A program made the position numbers and the translations under genes. A stretch of 64,000 bases of DNA, taken from NCBI GenBank assembly GCA_049322915.1, contig JBMOPW010000044.1, positions 32,001 through 96,000 of the forward strand, written 5' to 3'. Origin of the DNA: Candidatus Zhuqueibacterota bacterium. GTDB lineage: Bacteria; Zhuqueibacterota; Zhuqueibacteria; Thermofontimicrobiales; Thermofontimicrobiaceae. Shown here in pieces: positions 20,808 through 31,184 of this stretch; the first letter of the stretch is position 1, and each line of letters begins with the position of its first letter. Under the pieces are notes generated by a model. The model was not told where the DNA came from. It made no database searches and saw nothing but the letters and a program-made list of their open reading frames with translations.

Positions 20808-20863
20808 ATTTATGTCATGACCACATTGAAAATTCTGTCTCGTGCCCGGTTCCGGGCGATGCG

Positions 20864-21916
20864 TTAAAAACCAAGCGTCAGGGAGAAACGCATCGTGTTA
20901 GCCAAAGGATGACCTTCTTCGGCGGAGACGTAGCCAAAGTCAAAACTATACAACGAGTATTTCAATCCTGCCCCGAAGCTGTAGTAATCCACCTTGCCTT
21001 CTTTGTCGTAATAATACCCGGCGCGGAGGGCAATCAAATCGCTGTACCAGTATTCCATGCCGACGGCGCGCGTGATTTTATCCAATTCGCGCTGCACCGG
21101 TTCATCGTACCAGGACGTGATGATAGCTTTGTAAAATGGATCTGCCGGCTCTTCGCCGTGGGGCGTCACCAACAGCTTATTGATGTCCGCGGCCAGAGTG
21201 AGTTTATTGAATTGCTGATTGATGAGTTTAAAAGCGAAACCCGTTTTCAGGTTGGTCGGAAGCGGATCTGCCTGGGCTGCGTCGATGTAGGCAATTTTGG
21301 GACCCATATTGGAAATATTCAATCCCCAATTCAGACGATCATTGAAGAATGGGAATGTGTACAGGGTACCGATATCGAACGCGAAGGCGCTTGCCTGACC
21401 GCTGCCCTGTTCTGCGCCGGCGCCGGTCTTGGAGAGGTTGCTTCGGATGAAACGAAGCGTGACGCCCATGGCAAGATTGTCGGTCACCGTCGCGCCATAG
21501 CTGGCGGCAAGGGCGTATTCGTTACTATTGAATTTTTCAGTGGGGTTACCTTGTTCATCCATGCCCTGTTGTTCTCCCAGGTCGAGGAAAATAACGTGAA
21601 AGCCAATGGTACCTACACCTTCGATGCTCATGCGATAAGCAAAGAATTCGTAAAATAAATCGCTCGTCAATCCCTGCAACCAGTTCACGTGCATGAAAGT
21701 GATTTGCCGACCATACTGATAGGCCAGCCCGGCCGGGTTCCAGAAAACTGCGGAAGCGTCGTCAGCTACAGCGGCAAAAGCTTCCCCCATACCGGCAGCT
21801 CGCGCGCCGGGGGAGATCATGAGAAATAATACGGCTGCTTCACTGACTGCAAAAGCCTGGTGTGCGGCAAAGACGATGATCAAAAGCAGGGAAACACCAA
21901 GAACTAATTTCTTCAT
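20864..21916 (-). CDS. porV: T9SS outer-membrane protein PorV/PorQ family
   Basis: FLMISPGARAAGMGEA, FWNPAGLA, NISNMGPKI, DPLPTNL, ALRAGYY, HPLANTMRFSL; RBS GGAGG before ATG 21916. Confidence 0.88.
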   Translation of the reverse strand: MKKLVLGVSLLLIIVFAAHQAFAVSEAAVLFLMISPGARAAGMGEAFAAVADDASAVFWNPAGLAYQYGRQITFMHVNWLQGLTSDLFYEFFAYRMSIEGVGTIGFHVIFLDLGEQQGMDEQGNPTEKFNSNEYALAASYGATVTDNLAMGVTLRFIRSNLSKTGAGAEQGSGQASAFAFDIGTLYTFPFFNDRLNWGLNISNMGPKIAYIDAAQADPLPTNLKTGFAFKLINQQFNKLTLAADINKLLVTPHGEEPADPFYKAIITSWYDEPVQRELDKITRAVGMEYWYSDLIALRAGYYYDKEGKVDYYSFGAGLKYSLYSFDFGYVSAEEGHPLANTMRFSLTLGF

Positions 21917-22358
21917 TTCAGATGGTCCTCCAGAATTTTTTATTGATAGAAAAAAAAACCGAATGGAAAAGGCTGGCCCTTTCAATTAATGAAGGTTCAC
22001 CTCACGCATTCGGAATTTAACCTATTGACAGGAAAATTCAGAAAAAGGTGATGAGATATTATCTTTAAAATGATAACGAATATATTTAAGTATAGCCTCA
22101 TATCTCATGAACACAATAAACAACTAAACCTTTAGCGAACTTTACCTGATAGGCAGCCCCCATAATATGAAATGATAAAACGATGAATTGTTGACAATCC
22201 TTCTATATAGTATATCGAATCGCATTTTGAAATTCTTGAACCGGAGCGCTTTTCGCGCGGACCTGTACCAGCGTAAAAAAAATGGCCAGATTTAAAATAC
22301 ACCTATAAAACTCTTACCCCCATTAAAAGTTCCTAAGTTTTCTGGCCACCCTGGAAAA

Positions 22359-23702
22359 TTATTTTTTAATTTTTGACAAAGCGTCGACGAAAAGATCCAT
22401 TTCATCTTTCGTCCGTTTCTCGGTCACGGCGATCAACAGACCGTCCTGTATTCCCATGTCAAAACGGGTCAGATCGATTCCGGCGAAGATGTTGTAGTCG
22501 ACGAGCTTATTGATGACTTTATCCGGGGCAATGGGAGTTTTCACCACAAATTCTTTGAAAAAAGGCGCGGTGAAAGCAAGCTTGTAGTTATCCAATTGTT
22601 GAATCTGTTCTGCTAAATAGTGGCTATTCTGCAAACACAGCGAGGCAACTTCCTGTATACCCTGTTTCCCCATCAGTGCGAGATACACAGTCGCAGCCAG
22701 GGCGTTTAGCGCCTGATTGGTGCAGATATTGGATGTCGCTTTTTCGCGGCGAATGTGTTGCTCGCGCGTTTGAAATGTCAGTACGAAGCCGGACCGACCC
22801 TGCTTATCCTCAGTAGCGCCAACGATTCTTCCCGGCATGCGTCGGATATATTTTTCCTTCGCTGCAAAGACGCCGAGGTAGGGTCCGCCGAAATTAAGGC
22901 TGTTGCCCAGGCATTGCCCTTCTCCGGTGGCGACATCCACGCCGTAACGGCCGGGCGGTTCCAATGCTCCTAATGAAATGGGATCGTTGGAAGTGATGAA
23001 CATGGCGTCGATTTCTTTGGCGATGGCATCTATTTCGAATACCTGCTCCAGATAACCGAGGAAATTCGGATGCTCGATGATAATGGCCGCAGTGTCCCTG
23101 TCGGCCTTCGCCTTCAAATCCGCCAGGCTCGTGATGCCATTGTCCATTTCAACGAGCTGAATATCCGCGCCAAGACCGTGACAATAGGTTTTAATAATGT
23201 GTCGATAGTAGGGATGTACAGTCCGGGACAAAAGAATTTTTTTCTTTCGGGTTTCGGCTAACGCCATCATAGCAGCTTCAGCCAGGGCGGAACCTCCGTC
23301 GTACATGGACGCATTGGCGACTTCCATCTCCATCAGCTCGGCAATCATTGACTGATATTCATAAATTGCCTGAAGCGTTCCCTGGCTTACTTCCGGCTGG
23401 TATGGGGTATAGGCTGTGTAAAATTCAGGACGGGAAATGATATGGCCCACTGCAGCCGGGATGAAATGGTCGTAGGCGCCACCGCCTAAAAAGCTGACGG
23501 CATCGGTCGCAGTCTGGTTGCAACGCCCAATTTGATTCATTTCACGGAATATTTCCATTTCGGAGAGCGGTTCAGGAAGGTTGAAATCCCCTTTAAATCG
23601 AAGGTCGTCCGGAATGTTGGCAATTAATTCCTCAAAATTTTTGACACCAATCCTCTCAAGCATCGCTCTTCGATCTGCGTCGGTATTCGGAATATATGGC
23701 AT
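22359..23702 (-). CDS. gcvPA: Glycine dehydrogenase subunit 1
   Basis: YTAYTPYQPEVSQG, ANASMYDG, TREQHIRREKATSNICTN. Confidence 0.97.
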   Translation of the reverse strand: MPYIPNTDADRRAMLERIGVKNFEELIANIPDDLRFKGDFNLPEPLSEMEIFREMNQIGRCNQTATDAVSFLGGGAYDHFIPAAVGHIISRPEFYTAYTPYQPEVSQGTLQAIYEYQSMIAELMEMEVANASMYDGGSALAEAAMMALAETRKKKILLSRTVHPYYRHIIKTYCHGLGADIQLVEMDNGITSLADLKAKADRDTAAIIIEHPNFLGYLEQVFEIDAIAKEIDAMFITSNDPISLGALEPPGRYGVDVATGEGQCLGNSLNFGGPYLGVFAAKEKYIRRMPGRIVGATEDKQGRSGFVLTFQTREQHIRREKATSNICTNQALNALAATVYLALMGKQGIQEVASLCLQNSHYLAEQIQQLDNYKLAFTAPFFKEFVVKTPIAPDKVINKLVDYNIFAGIDLTRFDMGIQDGLLIAVTEKRTKDEMDLFVDALSKIKK

Positions 23703-23746
23703 GTTTCACTCCACCCAACAATCATTCAAATTTTTATTCTGCATGT

Positions 23747-24124
23747 TTAGCTAATTTGATTCTCATATTCGTTCGCTTTGAGCAATGAATTCAGTTCCGA
23801 TGGATCGGATAATTTCACTTTTATCATCCATCCTTTGTCATACGGATCCTGGTTAATCAATTCAGGTCTGTCCTGCAACAGCTCATTCACCTCGGTAATT
23901 TCGCCGCTGACAGGAGAAAATAAATCGGATACTGCTTTCACCGCTTCGATGGTGCCAAAGGGCTCCATCTGTTTCGCCGGGTCGCCGGCATTGGGCAATT
24001 CGACGAACACGATGTCTCCAAGTTCGCCCTGTGCATAATCAGTAATACCAATGGTGGCAACGCCACCTTCGACAAGAACCCATTCGTGTTCTTCAGTATA
24101 GAGTAAATCTTTCGGGATTTCCAT
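23747..24124 (-). CDS. gcvH: Glycine cleavage H protein
   Basis: YTEEHEW, GITDYAQ, lipoyl site EAVKAVSD. Confidence 0.97.
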   Translation of the reverse strand: MEIPKDLLYTEEHEWVLVEGGVATIGITDYAQGELGDIVFVELPNAGDPAKQMEPFGTIEAVKAVSDLFSPVSGEITEVNELLQDRPELINQDPYDKGWMIKVKLSDPSELNSLLKANEYENQIS

Positions 24125-24153
24125 TTTGCGTGTCTCCTGGTTTAATATGTGAT

Positions 24154-25500
24154 TTATAGAATGTTAATTTTATTCTCAAGATACTTGGTATTAAAATTTC
24201 CTTCGATAAAATCTTTATCCCGGAATACTTTTTTGTGAAATGGGATGGTTGTTTTAATCCCTTCAATGACGAATTCTTCAAGCGCACGTTGCATCCTGAT
24301 GATGGCTTCCTGACGGTTCATGCCGAAGGTGATGACTTTGGCGATCAATGAATCATAGTATGGTGGAATGACATATTGATCGTAGGCGTGGGTGTCCACT
24401 CTGACGCCCGGCCCACCTGGTATGTGAAAATTTTCGATTTTTCCCGGCGAAGGTCGAAAATCCTTTTCCGGATCTTCGGCGTTGATTCGGCATTCGATGG
24501 CATGCCCGCGTAATTTGTACCCTTTGATGAGGGAATCCAGTTCGTCGCCGGCCGCCAATCGGATTTGCATCTTCACCAGGTCCATGCTAAAAACGACCTC
24601 AGTGACCGGGTGCTCCACCTGAATTCGAGTATTCATTTCCATGAAGTAAAATTTGCCATCTTCATCCAGCAGAAATTCGATGGTGCCGGCGCTTTCGTAG
24701 TTGGCGCTTTTCGCCCCCCGGATGGCAGCGTCAATGAGTTTTTTTCTGATTCGCTCGTTAACTGCCGGAGAAGGGGATTCTTCAATGAGTTTCTGATGCT
24801 TCCGCTGAATGGAACATTCGCGTTCGCCCAGCGCAACGACATTGCCATACATATCGCCGAGAATCTGAACTTCGATATGGCGCGGCTGCTCGAAATATTT
24901 TTCCATATAAAGATCAGGATTGTTGAAGGCTGCTTCGGCTTCCGCGCGCGCCGTGTTAAATGCATTGACCAGACCGTCTTTATCCCTGACGATTCGCATA
25001 CCGCGTCCGCCACCACCGGCTGTTGCTTTCAAAATGACCGGGTAGCCAAGTTTCTCGGCGATTATTTCGGCTTCCTGAACGTCTTTGATTATACCCGGAC
25101 TCCCGGGAATTGTCGGTACGCCCGCTTGCTTCATTTTTTCTTTGGCAAACGCTTTGTCACCGAGATTGGCAATCATTTCAGAAGATGGGCCGATAAATTT
25201 TATTTTACAAGATTCGCATATTTCGGCAAACTGAGGATTTTCAGCTAAAAATCCATAGCCCGGGTGAATGGCCTCGGCATTGGTAATTTCGGCCGCACTG
25301 ATAATTTGTGGGATATTTAAATAGCTTTGCGCGCTTGGACCGGGTCCAATTTTTACAACCTCGTCTGCGAAGCGAACATGGAGTGATTCCGCGTCCGCTT
25401 CAGAATAGACCGCGACTGTTGCAACCCCCAGTTCTTTGCAGGCTCGAATTATTCGCAGGGCAATTTCGCCGCGATTGGCAATTAAAATTTTTTTGAACAA
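24154..25500 (-). CDS. accC: Acetyl-CoA carboxylase biotin carboxylase
   Basis: [34 protein letters not shown]. Confidence 0.97.
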   Translation of the reverse strand: MFKKILIANRGEIALRIIRACKELGVATVAVYSEADAESLHVRFADEVVKIGPGPSAQSYLNIPQIISAAEITNAEAIHPGYGFLAENPQFAEICESCKIKFIGPSSEMIANLGDKAFAKEKMKQAGVPTIPGSPGIIKDVQEAEIIAEKLGYPVILKATAGGGGRGMRIVRDKDGLVNAFNTARAEAEAAFNNPDLYMEKYFEQPRHIEVQILGDMYGNVVALGERECSIQRKHQKLIEESPSPAVNERIRKKLIDAAIRGAKSANYESAGTIEFLLDEDGKFYFMEMNTRIQVEHPVTEVVFSMDLVKMQIRLAAGDELDSLIKGYKLRGHAIECRINAEDPEKDFRPSPGKIENFHIPGGPGVRVDTHAYDQYVIPPYYDSLIAKVITFGMNRQEAIIRMQRALEEFVIEGIKTTIPFHKKVFRDKDFIEGNFNTKYLENKINIL

Positions 25501-25530
25501 ACCAGATTATCTCCGCGTTTCTGAGTTCAT

Positions 25531-26034
25531 TTACAGTTTTTCGATTTTAAAGAGGGCCTGGTTGTACTCCACCGGTTGCGCGTTATCAACGAGTATTTCT
25601 GTGATTCTGCCCTTTTCCTCAGATTCAATTTCGTTCATCAGCTTCATGGCTTCAATGATGCACAGTACCTGACCGGGAGTTACAATGTCGCCGATCTGGA
25701 CGTAGGGATCAGCATCCGGCGCCGGCGAGCGATAGAATGTCCCTACCATGGGGGATTTGATTTCAACCACATTGGACGGCGCTGAAACGGCTGCGGGTTT
25801 TGGCTCTGCTGGGGTGGGAGCGGGAATTGCCGGGGAGGGAACCGGTTGAGAGATTGGTTGAGGCGCAGCAACTGTGATCATCTCCATCGAAGATGAATTA
25901 GCGCCTGAGTTGCCAGGCATCTTCATGATCTTGACTTTTCGACCCCAACGGCTCACTTCAAGCTGGTGTATGTTGCTGTCCTGTACCAACTCAATCAGTT
26001 TCTTTATTTCTTTTGGTTTCATAGTATTCTCCAT
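25531..26034 (-). CDS. accB: Biotin carboxyl carrier protein
   Basis: Pro/Ala linker, SPMVGTFY, EAMKLMN. Confidence 0.97.
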   Translation of the reverse strand: MENTMKPKEIKKLIELVQDSNIHQLEVSRWGRKVKIMKMPGNSGANSSSMEMITVAAPQPISQPVPSPAIPAPTPAEPKPAAVSAPSNVVEIKSPMVGTFYRSPAPDADPYVQIGDIVTPGQVLCIIEAMKLMNEIESEEKGRITEILVDNAQPVEYNQALFKIEKL

Positions 26035-26271
26035 TTTGGAAGAAAGCTAATTTATACACGTCCGCACCGATAACCAGTGATCCCAGAATTACGAATTGAA
26101 TTATGCATAAATCGCTTGTGAAAAGCGGGTGGAATGTGTGACCTTGTTGCAATTCTCCCCTTCAACAACCCCGGCTGGGATACCGCTTCCTGATTCCCAA
26201 TTGCCATTCTATACAGGATTTAACCGTAAAATACGGAGAAAGATTTTCGCCATTTTGTTAAAATGAAATTC

Positions 26272-26300
26272 AATTTAAATGAAAAAGTATTAAAAGTCAA
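26272..26300 (-). promoter_or_regulatory. Putative sigma70 promoter of accB-accC-gcvH-gcvPA
   Basis: TTGACT-17 nt-TAAATT on the minus strand. Confidence 0.5.
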
Positions 26301-26507
26301 GATTTTTCTTGGCGTGGAAAAATTTATAAAAATGGTTGAGATAATCAAACCGGAATAATAGAGGTCCATCGGGAGCGAGTGAACGGACATGGCCTCAGCC
26401 TGATGGCATCTCGGTGACAGCCTCGCAAACGTCTCTCGGATACGAAGAAATCGCTCGTGGCCTGCGCTTTTTCTAGGGAGGGATACACCCCGACAGGCTC
26501 TCGGCGG

Positions 26508-27953
26508 TCATTTGCCGGCGAGCTTCGATGCTAATAGCTCCTGTATTTGCCGGGGATTTGCTTTGTTGTGCGTCGCCTTCTTGACCTGTCCGAAGAAATA
26601 GTCGAACAGTTTCAACTCGCCGTGGCGAAATCGCGCCACCTCGGCGGGAAATTGGGAAAGCATCGCATCAATGGCGGCGCTGAGAGTCGTTTCATCCATG
26701 ATTCGCGCGCGAGGCGTGTCCCGGATGAACGCTTCCGGTTCGCTGCCGGATTCCAGCATATTGGCGTAGATTTCTCTGGCGCTGCTCCGGGTGATGCGCT
26801 TTGTTTTTAACAGAAGAAGAAGGCGCGCCAGCCTGTCCGCGGGAACAGTAATGTGATCGCTCTGAGCATCCTTTTTCACAGTTCGCAGGACTTCGGTCAA
26901 AATCCATACGCTCGCCAATTTGGCGTCTCCGAGCAGCGAAGCGAGATGTTCGAAATAATCCGCTATGAATCTCGACTCAGTGAGGGTTGAAGCATCGCTG
27001 GCGGAGAGTTTGTATTGCTGCCTGAACCTGTGGCGTTTCTCTGCTGGCAATTCGGGCAGACTGGATTTCATTTTATCAAGATGGGAAAAATCAACGACGA
27101 TGGGGACCAGGTCCGGTTCAGGAAAGTAACGGTACTCGCTGGCGTCCTCTTTGGCGCGCATGGGCTGTGTCGCGGCTTTTTTTTCATCCCATAACAGAGT
27201 GGCGTGTGCAATCGTCTGGCCGACGCGGAGGAGGTTTGCCTGCCGGTGAAATTCATAGTCCAGCGCTTTCTCAATTGCGCGAAACGAATTGAGATTTTTA
27301 ATCTCAGTACTAACGCCAAACCCAACGTCTCCAACCGGCCGGACTGAGATATTGGCATCGCAGCGGAGATTGCCCAGTTCCATGTTGCCGTTACAAATTT
27401 CCAGGTATTGCAGCAATCGCCGCAACTCGCGGAGGGTCTGGGATGCCTCGTGGCCGGAGCGGATGTCCGGCGCAGTGACGATTTCGATGAGCGGCAGGCC
27501 GCAGCGATTCAAATCAACCAGGGTCTCTTTCTCATCCCTGACGTGAATGGATTTCCCGGCATCCTCTTCAAGATGAATCCGGATGATGCCAATTTTTTTC
27601 GATTCGCCACTGGATTCGATGGTGATGAATCCTTCGCAGCAGAGCGGCTCTTCAAATTGGGTGATCTGATAACCCTTGGGCAGATCCGGGTAGAAATAGT
27701 TCTTGCGGGCAAATCGTGATTCCTGATTGAACCGGCAATGCGTCGCCAGACCCATTTTCATTGCAAGGCTGTAAGAATTTCGGTTCAGCACCGGCAACAC
27801 GCCAGGCAGACCCAGGCAGACGGGACAGGTCTGGCTGTTCGGCGGATTCCCAAAATCTGTGCTGCACCCGCAGAACAATTTTGACGCTGTCTCCAGTTGC
27901 GCGTGAATTTCCAGGCCGATCACCGGCTCGTATGTCAGTGGCGTTGTTTTCAT
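26508..27953 (-). CDS. gatB: Asp/Glu-tRNA amidotransferase subunit B
   Basis: IGLEIHAQL, RKNYFYPDLPK, HLEEDAGK, YRYFPEPDL; start trimmed to ATG 27953 (ATGA overlap with gatA). Confidence 0.95.
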   Translation of the reverse strand: MKTTPLTYEPVIGLEIHAQLETASKLFCGCSTDFGNPPNSQTCPVCLGLPGVLPVLNRNSYSLAMKMGLATHCRFNQESRFARKNYFYPDLPKGYQITQFEEPLCCEGFITIESSGESKKIGIIRIHLEEDAGKSIHVRDEKETLVDLNRCGLPLIEIVTAPDIRSGHEASQTLRELRRLLQYLEICNGNMELGNLRCDANISVRPVGDVGFGVSTEIKNLNSFRAIEKALDYEFHRQANLLRVGQTIAHATLLWDEKKAATQPMRAKEDASEYRYFPEPDLVPIVVDFSHLDKMKSSLPELPAEKRHRFRQQYKLSASDASTLTESRFIADYFEHLASLLGDAKLASVWILTEVLRTVKKDAQSDHITVPADRLARLLLLLKTKRITRSSAREIYANMLESGSEPEAFIRDTPRARIMDETTLSAAIDAMLSQFPAEVARFRHGELKLFDYFFGQVKKATHNKANPRQIQELLASKLAGK

Positions 27954-29377
27954 GATTGACAAATTTGTTCGATGATCTGCCCGATTCGATAGAGTGTTGA
28001 TTCGCCGAACGGCGGGGCCATGAGCTGCACCCCGATGGGGAGGCCGTTTGAATCGAAGCCACAGGGAAGCGATAATGCCGGAATGCCGGCCAAATTGGCC
28101 GACACTGTGAAAATATCCGATAGATACATGGCAAGGGGATCGTTCATTTTCTCGCCGAGCTGAAATGCTGTGCTTGGCGAGGTTGGCGTCAGAATGCAAT
28201 CGCAGCGCCGGAACGCTGCATCGAAGTCGCGTTTGATGAGCGTTCTTGCATTCTGCGCCCGGCGATAGTAGGCCTCGTAATAGCCCGAGGACAGGACAAA
28301 GGTTCCCAGCATAATTCTCCGCTTCACTTCATCGCCGAAACCCTCAGTTCTCGAACGCACATACATATCATCGAGCGTGCGGGCGTCCCGGGAACGATGG
28401 CCAAATCGAGCGCCATCGAACCGCGCCAGATTGGAAGACGCTTCGGCTGTGGCAATGATATAGTATGTCGCGATGGCATGGCATGATTGGGGGAGAGAAA
28501 TTTCCATCGGTCGTAAACCGAAATCATGCAGTTTTGCCGCACAACGTTGGACGCACACTCGGACATCGGCCTGGATGCCTGGCCCGAAGAATTCGACCGG
28601 AATGCCGATGGTCATCCCTTCGGCCTGAACCCGGCATTGCTCCGGATAATCGGGAACCGGCGCATCAGCGGACGTGGCGTCGCGCGGATCATGGCCGGCA
28701 ATGGTTTGCAGGATCATGGCGTTGTCAGCAATGGTTTGGGTGATGACGCCGATCTGATCCAGCGATGACGCAAAGGCAACGAGCCCGTACCGGGAGATTC
28801 GGCCATAAGTGGGTTTGAGCCCGACCACGCCGCACAGGGCAGCCGGCTGCCGCACCGAGCCGCCGGTATCGGAGCCGAGCGCCGCGCGGGCCATTCCGGC
28901 AGCCACGGCCGCAGCGGATCCACCGGAGGAACCACCCGGCACGCGGGTCACGTCGTGGGGATTTTTCACCGGGCCGAAACAGGATGTCTCGTTGGACGAG
29001 CCCATGGCAAATTCATCCATATTCGTCTTGCCAATGAAAATGGCGCCGGCAGCGTCTAACTTTTCGATGACTGTTGCATAGTAAGGGGACACGAAATGAG
29101 CGAGCATTTTTGAACCGCAGGTTGTCCTGTGCCCGGCGATATGGATATTGTCCTTAACAGCGATGACCATGCCGACAGGTAAACTGGCATCGGAGACAGC
29201 GTTACGATGGTCAAGTTCCCTCGCTTTGTCTTTTGCCTCCTGCCCAAAAATAGAAATGAAGGCATTCAAATCTCTGCCTTCATTTATTCGATTCAAATAA
29301 TGTTCGACACGGTTAAGATAAGGGGTATTCGGTTGGAAATTTGGAGTCGCGGTGAACGTGCATTTTGCGTGATTCAA
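27950..29377 (-). CDS. gatA: Asp/Glu-tRNA amidotransferase subunit A
   Basis: KDNI, GKTNMDEFAMGSS, PGGSSGGS, GSDTGGSVRQP; TTG start at 29377 after AGGAG. Confidence 0.95.
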   Translation of the reverse strand: MNHAKCTFTATPNFQPNTPYLNRVEHYLNRINEGRDLNAFISIFGQEAKDKARELDHRNAVSDASLPVGMVIAVKDNIHIAGHRTTCGSKMLAHFVSPYYATVIEKLDAAGAIFIGKTNMDEFAMGSSNETSCFGPVKNPHDVTRVPGGSSGGSAAAVAAGMARAALGSDTGGSVRQPAALCGVVGLKPTYGRISRYGLVAFASSLDQIGVITQTIADNAMILQTIAGHDPRDATSADAPVPDYPEQCRVQAEGMTIGIPVEFFGPGIQADVRVCVQRCAAKLHDFGLRPMEISLPQSCHAIATYYIIATAEASSNLARFDGARFGHRSRDARTLDDMYVRSRTEGFGDEVKRRIMLGTFVLSSGYYEAYYRRAQNARTLIKRDFDAAFRRCDCILTPTSPSTAFQLGEKMNDPLAMYLSDIFTVSANLAGIPALSLPCGFDSNGLPIGVQLMAPPFGESTLYRIGQIIEQICQS

Positions 29378-29387
29378 AGGATAACTC

Positions 29388-29582
29388 CTATTTGCCTTCC
29401 CCTTCTTTTTTGCCTTTTTCAAGCTCTTTTTTCTCATCTTCATCAACGCCTTGCGTGGCTTTTTTGAACTCCCGCAGGCCTTTTCCCAATCCGCTTGCCA
29501 GGTCGGGCAATTTTTTAGCACCGAAAAGAAGCAGGATAAGGAACAAAATGATGAGCAGTTCGGTCACGCCAAGATTAAACAT
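29388..29582 (-). CDS. tatA: Tat translocase TatA/E
   Basis: GVTELLII...[23 protein letters not shown]. Confidence 0.93.
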   Translation of the reverse strand: MFNLGVTELLIILFLILLLFGAKKLPDLASGLGKGLREFKKATQGVDEDEKKELEKGKKEGEGK

Positions 29583-29639
29583 TTTTTCCTCCGGTAAAAG
29601 TAGATCGAAAATTTATTTCGGGAAATTACGAGCCACCAA

Positions 29640-29828
29640 TTACCCTTTCAAATTGGTGTTTTTGTCATTGATATCGATTTCATCCTTGACATCCTCCATC
29701 GCTTTTTTAAACTGGCGGATACCTTTGCCGATACCCTTTGCCAGTTCAGGAAGACGTTTCGAACCAAATAACAGTAGAATGACAAACATAATGATGATAA
29801 GCTCTGGTGTTCCAATCGATCCAAACAT
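29640..29828 (-). CDS. tatA: Tat translocase TatA/E, second copy
   Basis: IGTPELII...FGSKRLPELAKGIGKGIRQFKKA. Confidence 0.93.
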   Translation of the reverse strand: MFGSIGTPELIIIMFVILLLFGSKRLPELAKGIGKGIRQFKKAMEDVKDEIDINDKNTNLKG

Positions 29829-29956
29829 AGTCTATGTGCTCCTTAAAAATAAAAAAATTTCCTGTCGTCCACTGTAAACTAAACGACCGTTTGTTGTGCA
29901 CCAGTACAGGAGAAAAATGTCTCCACCATCGGTTAAAAAAATCGCAGCGCTGATTA

Positions 29957-30232
29957 TCAGAGCCGATTCTCGTAGTACCATCGGAGCAAATAGATGGCGA
30001 TAGCGATACCAATGATTCCGATGACATTGAGAATAAATTTGAATCCCAATGTGAATTCCAGAAGTCCGAGGTTCAGCGTAAACGGGTTGAATCCAATGGT
30101 CGCAGAGCGGAGAAAAAATTGTTTTACAACGCCGGTCGGAAGAAGCAGAGCAATCAGTTCTCCCATCGCAGACCCAAGAATTGCGCCTAACAAGAGAGTC
30201 AGGATAAGAAGGGCTAATGATTTTTTTCGCAT
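29957..30232 (-). CDS. DUF4321-like small membrane protein
   Basis: GAILGSAMGEL...FTLNLGLLEFTLGFKFILNVIGIIG. Confidence 0.75.
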   Translation of the reverse strand: MRKKSLALLILTLLLGAILGSAMGELIALLLPTGVVKQFFLRSATIGFNPFTLNLGLLEFTLGFKFILNVIGIIGIAIAIYLLRWYYENRL

Positions 30233-30444
30233 GTAATTAATTCGTTTGGCTTAGGTGGTTCGGTTCATCTGATTTTTAAGACATTGAACAGAACTGGCGC
30301 CGCTCTTCGTGACGCATGATTTGCGTGAATAGGTAACCTGCGAGGCCATGTCCCCCATTTTAACAGATGTTTCACTGGCTCACAAAGAACGGCCCAATGA
30401 CAGGTCAATATAAATAAATAAATGGACAAATTCAAATACTTTTT

Positions 30445-31179
30445 TTAAGGGGCGATGATTTCAATGGTCTTCTCGTGGTCGTTCCCTCTCGTCAGACGAT
30501 ACACAAACCGGATAATGCCCCAAACGATGTAAATGACATTGATGGGGTAGAATGTCTCATGGGGGAAAAGCGCTAAAATTACGGCGGTTATCATCAGCAG
30601 GATAATACCAATGGAATTTTTGGTGCTGTGGCGAAACGTCGCTTTGGGCGCGGTGTAATATTCCACGGTGCTGATCATCAATAGACAGACCAGCAGCAAT
30701 TGCGGGATGATGATCCGGGAGAGATATAGCTCGCCCCAGAAATGATAATTAAAAATAATGAACGATGAAAGCGTCATGGCCATGTAGGGAATTGGCAGAC
30801 CGACAAATTTGGTCTTTTCTTTTCCACCAAAGATGACGTTGAATCGCGCCAACCGAATTCCTCCGAACACCAGTGGCAGAAAACTGAGGATGATGCCCAG
30901 TATCCCCAGTTTGAAGAAATAAGCTTTGTAAAAAACGATTGATGGGGCCACGCCAAAAGACACGATATCCGCCAGCGAATCGAACTCGATACCAAAATCG
31001 CTGCTGCTCTTGGTCAACCGCGCCAGTTGTCCATCCAGCGCATCGCAGATGGCGGACAGGGCAATCAGCCAACAGGCAGTGATGATTTTGCCTTCCATGG
31101 TGCTGATGATTGCCAGAAATCCCCAGAAGATATTGAGTGTTGTGAATAGATTCGGAATAACCTGTCGCTTGTTTTTCAT
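30445..31179 (-). CDS. pssA: CDP-diacylglycerol--serine O-phosphatidyltransferase
   Basis: IPNLFT, DALDGQLAR...GIEFDSLADIVSFG, RLARFN. Confidence 0.93.
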   Translation of the reverse strand: MKNKRQVIPNLFTTLNIFWGFLAIISTMEGKIITACWLIALSAICDALDGQLARLTKSSSDFGIEFDSLADIVSFGVAPSIVFYKAYFFKLGILGIILSFLPLVFGGIRLARFNVIFGGKEKTKFVGLPIPYMAMTLSSFIIFNYHFWGELYLSRIIIPQLLLVCLLMISTVEYYTAPKATFRHSTKNSIGIILLMITAVILALFPHETFYPINVIYIVWGIIRFVYRLTRGNDHEKTIEIIAP

Positions 31180-31184
31180 TGAAA

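Noticed and set aside
20705..21658. Long antisense ORFs (also 4309-5175, 34085-34978, 32987-33703, 10409-11122)
   Set aside because: Shadows of well-supported genes on the opposite strand, with no recognisable motifs
26035..26270. Possible glycine riboswitch in the long accB-gcv leader
   Set aside because: No GGAGA...CCGAAG...CTCAGG consensus seen
27954..28199. N-terminal extension of gatB
   Set aside because: Overlaps gatA; the ATGA-coupled start at 27953 is more plausible
29378..29521. Apparent N-terminal extension of gatA overlapping tatA
   Set aside because: ORF-caller extension; the RBS and TTG at 29377 give a normal-length GatA
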